Shown: positions 50,510 to 62,341 of the stretch, piece by piece | How positions within the stretch are numbered: position 1 is the stretch's first letter | Layout: each line of letters starts with the position of its first letter | Assembly (NCBI GenBank): GCA_964016885.1 | Contig: OZ024740.1 | Location: 360,592,001-360,656,000, forward strand | Direction: 5' to 3' | Length of the DNA stretch: 64,000 nt | From: Eledone cirrhosa | Taxonomy: Eukaryota | Notes under the pieces: model-generated | Databases searched by the model: none | What the model saw: only the letters and a program-made list of their open reading frames with translations | Told to the model about the DNA's origin: nothing | Position numbers and translations under genes: made by a program

Positions 50510-50895
50510 CCATTGGTGATGTTGATGGTTGTAGTGAGGTGCCATGGTGACGGAATGATCAATTTAGCCAAGAACGATGGTGATGAGAATGCTGATTAAA
50601 TTTATTATGTATGCAATCATTGAAATAGCAATGTTGGTGGTGGTGGTTGAATGGTTGGTGATGGCAGTGGTGGTAATGATGATGAAGGTGGTGTTGCTGT
50701 TGTTGATGGTGATGATGATGGTGGTGATGACGGTGGTGATGATGATGAAGATGGTGATGATAATGATGATGGTGCTGTTGCTGGTGATGATGATGGTGGT
50801 AATGATGATGGTGGTAGTGATGACGGTGCTGGTGATGATAATGGTAATGTTGCTATTGTTGGTGTTGCTGTTGTTAGTGGTGATGATGATGACAA
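50510..50895. repeat. (GAT/GGT)n trinucleotide tract
   Basis: Degenerate GAT/GGT/GTT repeats. Confidence 0.9.
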
Positions 50896-53802
50896 CAATA
50901 ATAATTGTTTCTACTTTAGGCACAAGGCCAGCAATTACCCAGTGCATTACTGGTACTTTGCCTTTCATCCTTATGGGGTCGATAAAATAAAGTCAACCTC
51001 GGGTTTTCATCCTTACGGGGGTCGATAAAATAAAGTACCAGTAATGCACTGGGTAATTGCTGGCCTTGTGCCTAAAGTAGAACAATAATAATGATGACAG
51101 AGATGGATGATGATGATAGATAAATAGATAAAGCGAAAATAATATAAGCTAATTTAGAGCCAATTAACCCTATAATTACTATCACGCTTGAGTAAAAGCA
51201 ATTAAAGGCAATATTTCAGCAAGTCTTCAGAAATTATTCTGTCCAACAGACCAGACCGCCCACTGTTACATCATACCACCCCACCCTCTGTTGTTTCTCC
51301 TCAACTCCATTACTCTGTTGCTATTACTCCAGTCATCAAAGACAACACTATTAACATAACAACCACCACCACCATCAACACCCCCTACTGCCACCAACAC
51401 CTCCCTGCCACCACATCCCACCCCTGCCACCACCATCACCATCACCACCGTCTGCACAACCACAATCACTTCCAAACGTGGATTATGTGTTATAACACCC
51501 TCGCGTGTCATTCATAAACGTGACTACTGTGTGTATAAATATCTATTAAGACAGACAGCAGAGCTGTTAAGCAATCATGCTGAGCAAATAACAATTTAAT
51601 TTTTTGACTTTTATCTAAATATTTATCTATTTGACATTTTCCTTTAAAAAAAAGATTAAAACAATAAATAGAAAAAGAGAAAAGGATTTAAAAATGGGGG
51701 TTGGTGAGATTAAATAATGAAAAATAAGAGGAAGGGGAAAGGGTAGGGGCAAATTCCACATTCTTGGCTGGGCTGTATATTTCAGCTCTGCCCTGTGGAC
51801 ATGATGGCAAAAACATTGCCATAGGGAACAGCCAGTGACACCCACTGCCTCACACAGCTCATTCCTCAGGTCGGATGTACTCTTAACATTTTTCTTCTAC
51901 CAGAATATTCTTTTACTTTTTCCTTCCTAATGATTATTTTAACATGCAATTAACTCCTATTTGTGTAGTTCCAAATCCAGATATTATGTAAGATAAAGCC
52001 TTTACCACAAAAATACAATAGTATATATAGAGTAATGTAAATGTTAAAGGGTTAAAATACTTAAAACACTCACAAAATATTAAAAATAGTCATTACAAAT
52101 GCTTCTCCGAAGCAGAAAATATCAAACAGTGGGGCTATGCTAAACCCTGTTCCTTTCTATTGTATCTTTTTGAAGAGCTCTGAAAATAAAATTTTGCTGA
52201 TTCAATTGTTGTTGAAAGAACAGAACAGAGCACAGTAAAGTGGTTGGTGATTAAACAGACAATATAGGGTAAAGAGGAGTAGTCTCCAGTCAGGTCAAAC
52301 ACATGACAGATTCTTTAGTGCTGATGCCACAATAAAATGCACTCGGTACACTCTGTAAAATGGTGGTGTTTGTGTCACAATAAAGTTCATCCAGTACACT
52401 CTGTAAAGTGGTTGGAATTAAGAAAGGCATTCAGTCACGGAAAAATTACCAAAATATGGTCTCTCCAACCCATCTAGTCATGAACAGTAATGACCCACCC
52501 AACCTATGCCAGGATAGAAGTGCACACAAAATGATGATGTTGATGGTAAAGATATCAAACTGCTTCTCATTCTACATTACCAGGCTATATATTTTTAAAT
52601 GTTTATATTATCCTAAAAAATCTTCCACCATAGTTTTATGTAAGAACTTTTGTTGCGAAAGCCCCTCCTCCTCCTTCTCATAAATAGCCATGGGTTTTGC
52701 ATCCAAGACTGATTGAACATGGATTTACTTGTGAGACACAAGCCTGTGCAGGGTGTTTTGCAGAAGACCAGCAGTTGCATGCATGCAAGTCTCCTCTTTC
52801 TATAGCACTGATGTTGTCCAAGGGAAAGACAAAGACTGATCCAGTCAAGTTTTCTATGGCTAGATGCCCATCCTATCACCATTCACAAGGTATTTATCAA
52901 GTTATGGTTATATATAGAAGAGATTTGCCAAAGGTGCCAAGTAGTGGCTCTGAACACAGAACCTAACTCTCAAACCAGTCATGCCATAAGTAAATATTCA
53001 TATTTTAAATATTAAAAAAACAAAATACAAAACAAGGATTCAAAGGATTCTTAAGTTGTGTCAAGAGCATGGCAACATCTTTAGTGTTGGTGCCATAAAA
53101 TGCATCCAGTATACCGTAAAGTGATTGGTGATAGGAAGGACATCTAGCCATAGAAAACTTGCCAAACAAAAGGTTCGAGAGAACTCTTTAGTTATGTTAA
53201 AGACATGACATCTCTAGTGCTGGTGCCATGATAAAACTAAAATATGGAAATGGGAGCAAAGTTGCAGCTCCCAACTCATCTGACAGATCAATATCTCTGA
53301 TTGAGTATTGACTTGATCTATGACAACCTGTCCAAGCCCTGTTAGCAGTGAAAACAAGAGACAAAGAAATATGACAAAGGGGAAAAAAAAAATAAAATAA
53401 AATAAATAAATAAATCAATGGTAAAATGAGTGTTTGGCTTATATTCAAGGTCAATATTTTGACGATTTCCCCCCAACTTCAGTAAATCTATATTACTAAA
53501 ACAGAGAATGTCTGTTTGTCTGTCCAATCACAAAAACTCGAGAACCAAGTTTTTTCAAACTTTACACATAATATTTATGGTCCCGTGAGTGTTCTGAGCC
53601 AAAAGAATTTCAAATTTCCAATGCCCCAGGGACTGCATTAGGCGATTTAGCAATCTCTCTCTATAATTCTTAGTCATTCTCTTTTCAGAGAGATACATAG
53701 ATATAATGTTGCACCCTTATAATATCTGTCTGTATGCCTGGCTGTCTGCATTACGTCATTATGACACGGTGTGTGTGTATATATGTATATATCTGACAAA
53801 CT

Positions 53803-54280
53803 GAGCACTAGAAGTTGATGGAAACCGCGGAGTGGGGAGACCCAAGATGACTTGGGATGAGGTGATAAAAGCCGACCTTACCCAACTACACCTCTCAAAG
53901 ACAATGACACACGACCGTGACTTCTGGCGTCACGCAGTAATACAGGGTACGCGACCTCCCATGGGTACATACTGAAGCATATAAACAATATGCCCCCACT
54001 CCCCCCACCGCAAGGTGGTCGTGGAGGTGCCACGGCAAAAAAGCACCCAGCCCACACTGTAAAGTGGACGTGTAGGCGCCACGAAAAAGCACCCAGCACT
54101 CACTGTAAATGAGGTTGGTGTTAGGAAGGGCATCCAGCTGTAGAAATTAAGCCAGATCAGTTCCTGTATGAGCAAGGCATGGTCAGCCAACCAGACACTG
54201 CCCACAACAGGACAACCCGTCTAACTCATGCTAGCGTGGAAGAACGGACGTAAAACGGTGATGATGATGATGATGATGAT
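53803..54280 (+). mobile_element. RTE family A 3' end
   Basis: Matches ~46447-46932. Confidence 0.9.
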
Positions 54281-54396
54281 AGTGTGTAATGTTTTTCGAA
54301 ATATTTACTTCTGCGTTCATAGATTTATTATTTTAGTTTCAAAAGATCCCGTTAAGGGTGAAAGCACCGATTCTTTGCTTAAACTTTAATCTGTTA

Positions 54397-54432
<36 letters not shown>

Positions 54433-54435
<3 letters not shown>

Positions 54436-55282
54436 GGTGCGGACGATATTTGTTCGCAATTTTCAACTACTAATTTTATGCAAATTTTTTTTACTTCCGT
54501 TGTCACTCTTGTCTTCATAAAAACAGTGACTATATTTCCACTATTTATTTTCAGAATAATTGATTATGAATAATTTTGAACCTCCAAATTTGTAGAAGAG
54601 ACAGGGAGTTCTTGGAATCTGCGCCGGGAGGACAAATAAGGCCAGAAGATCAACTCCCAGAACAACAGGTGGCTCGCTGTCTCATCCAAAGACGTGCCCA
54701 GAGTCATGCAGACAAAGTTTCCAGCGACAACATTGGTCTTAGGTGTCGTCAGCAGTCAAGGTGAAGTCATGCCGCCTCCTTTCTTCCCTGAGGGCCTCAA
54801 GCTGAACACCGATGGCTACATCCGCATTGGATTGACCAGGTAGCTGCAGGTAAGCCGTACGTGTGGCAGCAAGACTCAGCGCCCTGCCATACCAGCCGAA
54901 AGACCCAAGCCTGGCTGTCAGAGAACTTCGTCGACCACACTTCACCTGACATCTGGCCTCCCAGCTCGCCTGACTGCAACCCCCTCAACTTCTTTGTGTG
55001 GGGCGCAGTGGAACAAGACACCAACAGATCTAGCTGCAATATGAAAGACGATCTGAAGGCCAGGATCACAAGTGCTTTTAGGGGCCTAAGTCGGGGGACA
55101 GTGACAAGGGCCTGTAGCCGGTTCCGTCATCAAAGCCAATGGCGGGTTTATTGAGTGAGATCGAAAGAACAAGTCATGAAGACAAACTGACCCAAGTTTG
55201 ATAAATAAATCTTAAAAAATAAAACTACTGTGTTATTTTTTCCTAGACAGTAATCTTGCGAACAGATATCGTCCGCACCCTG
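54433..55282 (+). mobile_element. maT (DD37D) Tc1/mariner element, internally deleted
   Basis: TIRs CAGGGTGCGGACGATAT(T/C)TGTTCGCAA within TA; WQQDSAPCH..WPPSSPDCNPLN with 37-residue spacing, third D changed to N. Confidence 0.88.
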
Positions 55283-56516
55283 TATATATATATATATATG
55301 TAATTATATATTTGTGTACAGATATTTTTGCATACACATATAAACAAAAGTATTTATTTCGCGATAAAGTATTGATTTTCTTTGAACAGAAAAAAACCCT
55401 GGTAATGTACGACAAATTTTTTTTATAAGCACAAAATGTAGACACCAACCCAAGGCCGAGGTATTCTGTACTTCTTGTACTGTTATTTATATATTCGTGT
55501 ACAGATATTTTTTGCATACACAATAACAAAATATAAACAAATGTATTTACTTCACGAGGCTCGAGAAGGATAAATCTATATCAAATATATAAGAACCCTA
55601 GAGCAAATCCCGAGTAATGCCAGGCCATTCTGCTAGTAAGGTGCTAAAATATCTGAAGTGATTATTTTACAATGAAACAGTTTTTCTACATTTACTAGAT
55701 CATCCTGAGTGTTATTATGCATTCCCTTGAGAACATTCCAAACAAATTTTTATAATTTGAACTTTTTAGTACATAAACATCCTCTACATTTGCACGCGTG
55801 CCACTGTTTTTCACTGTAACTTTATACTTTTTCTTTCAATCTTATTTCTGCCTTGCCTTATATTTTATTTCTCTTGCTCTCTCCCACCTCTTTTTCTTGC
55901 TCTGCCTCTCCCTTCTACTCTGAATCTTTATACAATGTTCTCTTAGTCAATCTATTTCTTTAAACTATTCCCTATTCATTAAGTCTCCCTCTGTACATAG
56001 TTTTGATCTCCCTAGTGTTTTTTATGATATCCATAAAGAAACATTAAACAACATTAAAAAAAAAACATATCGTAACACTTTAGCATTTAAACCGGCGTAT
56101 TAGACTAGAATTCTCTCCCCTCTTTCTGTTCAAAGTGGCTATAACTGGCCGCTCATACTTATGTTCAGGTATTGTTCTTAAAATAAGTAACATTAAAATT
56201 TCATATTCGATATTATGTGAGGTAAAGATATTTAAACATTTTAAATATCAAAATATTAAAACTTCATAAATATATTCTCTACTCACAACATCTAAACATG
56301 TGTTAATTAGCTGCCTCGGCTTATACACAGGGTTTGGATTTTTGTCCATTTTTCGGACATAAAATAGGGGGTTGGCTGAAATTCGAGTATATACGGCAAG
56401 TTTTGACTTGGTCTACAATGATCTGTCCAACTCTTGTTAGCAGAGAAAACAAATGTTAAATGAAGATAATGATGAAAACAATGAAATTAAATAAGAAAGA
56501 GTAAAAGATGACATAC

Positions 56517-56642
56517 TTGAGTTTGCGACATGTGTGGGCTAGGTTGTTATGTAGGGTTTCCCACTTCTCGATTGTAATCTGGTTACTAACACAGCGGACC
56601 TTCTCTAGGGCGTCCAGGAAATACTGCTCTGCTGTCGTATAA
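56517..56642 (-). CDS. CDC16: CDC16/APC6 exon (TPR)
   Basis: YTTAEQYFLDALEKVRCVSNQITIEKWETLHNNLAHTCRKLK; AG/GT; 126 nt. Confidence 0.96.
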
Positions 56643-56834
56643 CTGCAGGATAACAACAAAAACAATAGTAATAATAATAATAATTTCTAACAAAAGCACA
56701 AGATGATTATCTGTAAAGAGAATTGCTATTTATAAAGATTATCAGTATTATACACATTGGCAAAATTCAAAATATTAAAGGATGTAACTAAATATCACAT
56801 GGTATTTCGTCACACCCTCTTCTTTAATGATAAT

Positions 56835-57330
56835 AATAATTGTTTCTACTATTGGCACAAGGCCAGCAATTACCCAGTACATTAATGATAATAATGATTT
56901 CTTATTTAAGCACAAAGCCAGTAATTTTGGGGGAGGGACAAGTCGCTTAAATCGACCCCAATGCATTACTGATACTTTATTTTATCGAACCCGTAAAGAT
57001 GAAAGGTAAAGCTAACTTTGGCAGGATTTGAACTCAAAAGATAAAGAACCAGAACTATATGCTGCAAAGCCTGTTGTCCGACATTCTACCGATTCTGCCA
57101 ATCAAACACCATTTTAATGATGATAATCATGTTAATGATTTCTAATTTAGATACAAGGCCAGCAATTTGGGAGGAGGGAGAAAGTGAATTATATCAATCC
57201 CCAGTACTTCACTAGTACATATTTTATCCTTCAAACAAGGATAAAAAGAAAAGTTGACCTCAGTGGGATGAAATAAGAATGTAAAGAGCCAGAACAAATA
57301 CTAGAAAGCATTTGTTTAAAGCTTTAATGA
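56835..57330 (-). mobile_element. Nin-type SINE cluster
   Basis: Two to three reverse-oriented copies. Confidence 0.7.
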
Positions 57331-57550
57331 CATCACAGGCAGTGATATTTGTTTATGTTTCACACAAACAGAGATACCACTGTTCAACAGTTATACATGC
57401 AAAGAACTGTGCCTTACTTAAAAAATAAGTGAGGGTTGGTATCAGTAAAAGCATCCAGCAATAGAATACTGCCTCAAAATGTCTCTTAAAACCCATGCCA
57501 GCATGGAAAAGTGGATGCAATGATGACGATATATCTGTAAGTATACTTAC

Positions 57551-57703
57551 TCCTGGTTCTGGAAAGCAATTACTCCCATCTCATGAAGAACAAAAGGGTC
57601 TTCTGGAGCAATGGTCAGTGCTTGACTAAAGAATCTTTCAGCCAGTTTAGAGTTGTTGGTCAAACCATACTCCAAGCCAATGTATAGGACAGGGAGATGA
57701 CAG
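57551..57703 (-). CDS. CDC16: CDC16/APC6 exon (TPR)
   Basis: CHLPVLYIGLEYGLTNNSKLAERFFSQALTIAPEDPFVLHEMGVIAFQNQ, near-identical to vertebrate CDC16; AG/GT; 153 nt. Confidence 0.97.
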
Positions 57704-57929
57704 CTGGAATGTATTGATTTGAAAATAATCAGTAAAAAAAGAAGAGAAAAATGAGGGGGTAATATTTGAAACTGATGTACTAATTAACTCTTTTGATATC
57801 AAACCACATGAAATCATCCCTGGTTCTATATTACATAACTGTTTATTTAAATGTTTACATTTATCTAAAAACCTCCCATCATAATTTTATATAAGAACCT
57901 TTGTTAAGTTATGCTCGAAACACCAGCTT

Positions 57930-58118
57930 AATAATTGTTTCTATATTAGGCACAAGGCCAGCAATTTTGGGGGAGGGAAAAGCTGATTAGATCAACACCA
58001 GTGCATGACTGGTACTTTATTTTATCGACCCCCATAACGATGAAAACAAAGGGCTGTAACTCTATGTTGCAAAGCATTGTGTCTCATGCTCTACCGATAC
58101 TGCCAATCCACCACCCTT
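57930..58118 (-). mobile_element. Nin-type SINE
   Basis: Reverse-complement core and head. Confidence 0.7.
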
Positions 58119-59374
58119 TCACCAGCTTCATAATGACAATGTTATTTTCCAAATTGTTGATTATTTTCAAAATTAATTGAAAATTGGCTCCTCCACTGGG
58201 ATATCCAAAGGACAACCAACTTATAGGCATAAAGTTAATCACCAATACACTCCAACTTCTTGTTTACACGTGCTGACTCATTTCTATGATCTTCAGAAAT
58301 AGTTAGCCGCAGATTATCTTCACTCAAACTACCCCCAACTAACTGCTAGTCTCATTCCACTTCCACAGGCTACTTTAACACTTTAGCATTCAAAGCAGCC
58401 ATATCCGGCCATAATTCTCTCACCTCTTTCTGTTCAAACCAGCCGTAATCAGCCACTCATACCAATGTTACAGTATTGTTCCCAAAATAACATCAAAATC
58501 TCGTAGCTTCGACATTATGTAAAATAAAGCCTTTACTGTGAAAATACAATAGTAAATATAGAGTAATGTAAATGCCATCCTCATGCCACATCCACTCTAG
58601 CTACCCTGACTCACTGCTAATCTAACGCTACTTCCACTCAGAGAGCCCCCCACTCACTGTTAATCTCATGCCACCTGACCTCAGAGGCATTCCTTTTTGA
58701 CTCACTGCTAGTGTCATTCTACCTTCACTCCCGATACTGCTAGTCTCATTACAGCTTCACTCAGGCTACAACTCATTGCTAGTCTCATGCTAACTCAGCA
58801 AGGTCACATGACAAGTTTCTCCATTTTACTTTATCTGCATCCTCTACCCTCATCAATCTCCTGGCTCCATTTCCTCTTCCATCATCTTTAGCCATATCTT
58901 TCTTGGGTGGCTGTGATTTGAGGACTCCATAGTGAGTATAGTAAGTGGTGAAATCAATGCAGATAATGCCTCAGAAGAGTCAATGAGAGTGATCATTACT
59001 AGAAATAGCAACCAAATCTTTCTCAAATCACAGCTTACCATTTATAAAAAAAAGAACACAATGAATAATGCAGTTCTTGTAAAACTATACTCATGGAGTC
59101 CTTTCTGAGGCAATGTTTTATAATCAGGTGCCCTTTCTGGAATCAACTCTTTTAGTTGTCTCTTACAACATGAAAGGATATGGCATACCTGTTCTAAACT
59201 GAATATATACAGTAAGTTCTTCATATACTGTCTGAAGAAAAGAAAATGATGGGATGGTCACAGATAGAATGCCTTTAATCCTATGATGTTATTGTTATCA
59301 GTCTTGCCTCAGGACTGACACTAACATGTTCCAGAATAGAGAAGTGGTCAACACAAATCTTACAAACTACTGAC

Positions 59375-59500
59375 CCTTTCATTAGTTGGGATGCTGTAAA
59401 ATAGGCAGCCATAGCTTGGTCGTGTTCTTGGTCAACTGCAAATGAGTGGCCGTATGCTAACCATGCTGGGCCATACATACGGTCTAATGTTGTAGCTTTC
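59375..59500 (-). CDS. CDC16: CDC16/APC6 exon (TPR)
   Basis: KATTLDRMYGPAWLAYGHSFAVDQEHDQAMAAYFTASQLMKG; AG/GT; 126 nt. Confidence 0.97.
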
Positions 59501-59952
59501 CTGAAACAATAGATGATACATATAGACATAATTAGTTGTGCATACAAATGTAGATTTCTGTAAGGTGGTCATGCTGGTGACATGACAAAAAGCACCCAAT
59601 CCACCCTGTTAGATGGTCATTTTGGTGCCACAATAAAAAGCACCCAGATCACACTGTAATGTGGTCACCTAACCTGACAACCTGTCTAACCCATGTAAGT
59701 GTGAAAAAATAGACATTAAACAATGATGATGATGAGGATGAAGAGTGTATGTATATACGTGTATATCAGCATAGCGGTGAACAGAAAAAAAAAAAATATA
59801 TATATATAAATAGGATTTTTCTTTAAGCATAGCGTTATACAAATATGTATAGAAATTTCGTATTTCTAAAAAAACACGGTTTTAGGAAGCTGTAGCTATG
59901 CAAACACAGGGGCTAACGCCCTCTGGTGGTGTCCAGCAGAAGCAAGGGGGAC

Positions 59953-59998
59953 AACCGTCTATGCAGTTCAGGCTTGACTGGCCTTCTTCAGGACGGTT
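59953..59998 (-). ncRNA. Type I hammerhead (GAAC variant)
   Basis: AACCGUC-CUGAAGA-AGGC-CAGUCAA-GCCU-GAAC-UGCA-UA-GACGGUU. Confidence 0.75.
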
Positions 59999-60284
59999 CC
60001 TACCACCGCTTGCAACTGCTGGACTTGAAAACAGTCGAGAATATATAGTTTTCTCGTCTGTATAAATGAGGTGATTAATCTAATTTGCATATGAAGCTGC
60101 ATAAGTTGGCTCAACTTATAATAGAATCAGAGGGCGTTAGCACCAGTGTTTGCATAGCTACGGCTTCCTAAAACCGTGTTTCTTTAGCAATACAAAATTG
60201 CTATACATATTTGTATAACGCTATGCTTGAAGCAAAATCCTATTTCTATTCTATTATAAGTTGAGCCAACTTATGCAGCCTCAT

Positions 60285-60333
60285 ATGCAAATGAGATTAA
60301 TCACCTCATTTACACAGACGAGAAAACTATATA
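60285..60333 (+). promoter_or_regulatory. Putative snRNA-type promoter cassette
   Basis: ATGCAAAT-N8-TCACCT(CATTTACACAG)-N21-TATATA; mirror octamer at 60083-60090. Confidence 0.5.
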
Positions 60334-60376
60334 TTCTCGACTGTTTTCAAGTCCAGCAGTTGCAAGCGGTGGGAGG

Positions 60377-60422
60377 GACCGTCCCAAAGAAGGCCAGTCA
60401 AGCCTGAAATACATAGACGGTT
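60377..60422 (+). ncRNA. Type I hammerhead (CCAAAGA variant)
   Basis: GACCGUC-CCAAAGA-AGGC-CAGUCAA-GCCU-GAAA-UACA-UA-GACGGUU. Confidence 0.65.
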
Positions 60423-60521
60423 GTCCCCCTTGCTTCTGCTGGACAACACCAGAGGGCGTTAGTCCCTTGTTTGCATAGCTACGGCTTCCTAAAACCGTGT
60501 TTCTTTAGAAATACGAAATTT

Positions 60522-60559
<38 letters not shown>

Positions 60560-61165
60560 AGCATTGTTGAACAAAGATCATTCAAACAACAGTTTCCATT
60601 TTGTTATGTTCATGAAAATAATGCATGAATACTAAACATATCCTTATATAGTGAATCAATTAAATATGGAGATGGAGAACAAGGTGAAATTTCCACCTGA
60701 ATGAGAAATATATACACCAAAGGGAAAGACTAATAGTTGTTAGAAATCTGAATATTATTGCCAGAACGTGAAAAAGAAATGAAACCTTCAAGAGGTTTCA
60801 ACTGAGTCATCTCCCTTAACTACAGCTTTATTTCTTTTCAGATCGAGAAATTAACCAGGCAAAGTATGTATGTATTGACCCGTAATTCCTGATGGCGTTG
60901 TAAGGGCACTTTAACCTGGCAGAGTCAATATCTCAACAGGTCTGAACACAGAAGATTTTTACCAGAGAAGGAAAGAGAGTGAGAAAGATATATACATGAA
61001 AAATCAACTGGTACTATGTTAACTGACCATAAAAAGTTGGCCATGGCATGATTTAAACTCTAAGCTCAGAGAGCCAAAACGAATACCACAAATAAGTATC
61101 CATAACTAACCAGATTATCAGTCTAAATTTTTTTTCAGCTGTACTATCATTCATTTTTCTTTTAT

Positions 61166-61386
61166 CCCTTTAGCATTTAAACCAGCCGTATTCGGCCAGA
61201 ATTCCCTCACATCTTTCTGTTCAAACAGGCTATAACCAGCTGCTCATACTTACGTTAATGAATTGTTCTCAAAATAAATAACATAAAAATCTCGTAGATT
61301 CGATATTATATGAGATAATTATGTGAAATAAAGTGTTTACCGTGAAAATACAATAGTAAATATTGAGTAATATAAATGTTAAAAGG
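61166..61386. mobile_element. piggyBac-like MITE (related copies near 51960, 56075, 58378)
   Basis: CCCTTTAGCATTT...AAATGTTAAAAGG-TTAA termini; shared internal sequence. Confidence 0.55.
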
Positions 61387-61838
61387 TTAAATAAGGTATT
61401 TGTGGATTTGAAGTGGATGATGTTCTGATCTTGGAGTAGCAACAGAAAGAATCAAGGCCACAGCAACTTACCAATACTATTAAGGTTAGTCAATAGTGCC
61501 ATGAGATTGCATGGCAGACCTACCACATAGGTTATGGTCACTGAAAATGCATGAATACTAAATACCAACCCCTCTAAAAAAATACCTGTGAATAATGCAG
61601 CCCCGCTTTTTGGGGGGACTGAACATTTGGTCATAAAAACACGCATTATTTTGTCCTGCTTTCCATGCTGGGCAGGGGTTAGACAGGTTGCCACAGTTTG
61701 AGACAAGGCAGGTTAGAGAAGCTCATCTTGCTTATATGTTCCATTTTGGGCCTGATTTATATAGTTAGATACCCTTCCTAACGCCAACAACTTTGCAGTG
61801 TGTACTGAGTACATTTTATATATTGATATACTGTAGTA

Positions 61839-62232
61839 CGAGGGTAATCCCAAAAGTAAGGTCTCCAAAGCGATGGGGACGCAGAGAAACTGTTCGAACG
61901 GCTGTTGGCAACACTGTTGTGATTGATGCTTCCTTCACTCCCAAACAAGCATGCGCGCGCTTCGCTGGGATGTTTAATCTTGGCTTCGCAGCCGTTGAGA
62001 ATGGAGCTCACGTTGAACACTACCGCCAAGTGCGAATTTTGCGCAGTTATTATATACGAGGGCAATCCCAAAAGTAAGGTCTCCTTCCGAAGAAAACATG
62101 CGTAAAGATCGGTGGATCACTCTGGATGCTCTCTGCATTTTGGTTCCTGAGGTTTCCCAAAGCACCATCCACAGGATTTTAACGGAAAAGTTGCAATATC
62201 GGAAGGAGACCTTACTTTTGGGATTGCCCTCG
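61839..62232. mobile_element. Mariner-derived non-autonomous element with three TIR copies
   Basis: TA-CGAGGG(T/C)AATCCCAAAAGTAAGGTCTCC at 61839 and 62057; inverted copy ending at 62232-TA. Confidence 0.75.
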
Positions 62233-62341
62233 TATATATGTTATAGACATTTAGAACTTGTTTGTGTCTTATAAACTAAATAAAATAAATTAAACAGAAT
62301 GTATATGTGTGACATTGTAGTTGATATAAAAAATAACTCAC

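Larger units (their letters stand above)
53487..55636 (+). mobile_element. Helitron-like non-autonomous element carrying nested RTE and maT insertions
   Basis: A|TC start with (GTCT)-like repeats; CCCGAGTAATGCCAGG hairpin then CTAG|T end. Confidence 0.6.
59808..60525. mobile_element. Retrozyme-like element: ~322-nt hammerhead unit, one inverted copy plus ~1.2 direct copies
   Basis: CAGAGGGCGTTAG at 60128 and 60450 (period 322); 59808-60127 is the reverse complement of one unit; within (TA)n. Confidence 0.8.

Noticed and set aside
50564-51028. Met/Val-, Asp/Gly- and Ser/Pro-rich ORFs
   Set aside because: Trinucleotide microsatellite translation
58330-58800. Repeat-spacer-like array (ACTCACTGCTAGTCTCAT); similar arrays near 24880 and 26470
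   Set aside because: Degenerate eukaryotic minisatellites with related spacers and no cas genes; not CRISPR
473-62234. Inverted repeats as assembly or amplification artefacts
   Set aside because: Most arm pairs differ by multiple substitutions and indels, implying age; only the near-perfect ones (e.g. 7301-7431) still need read support
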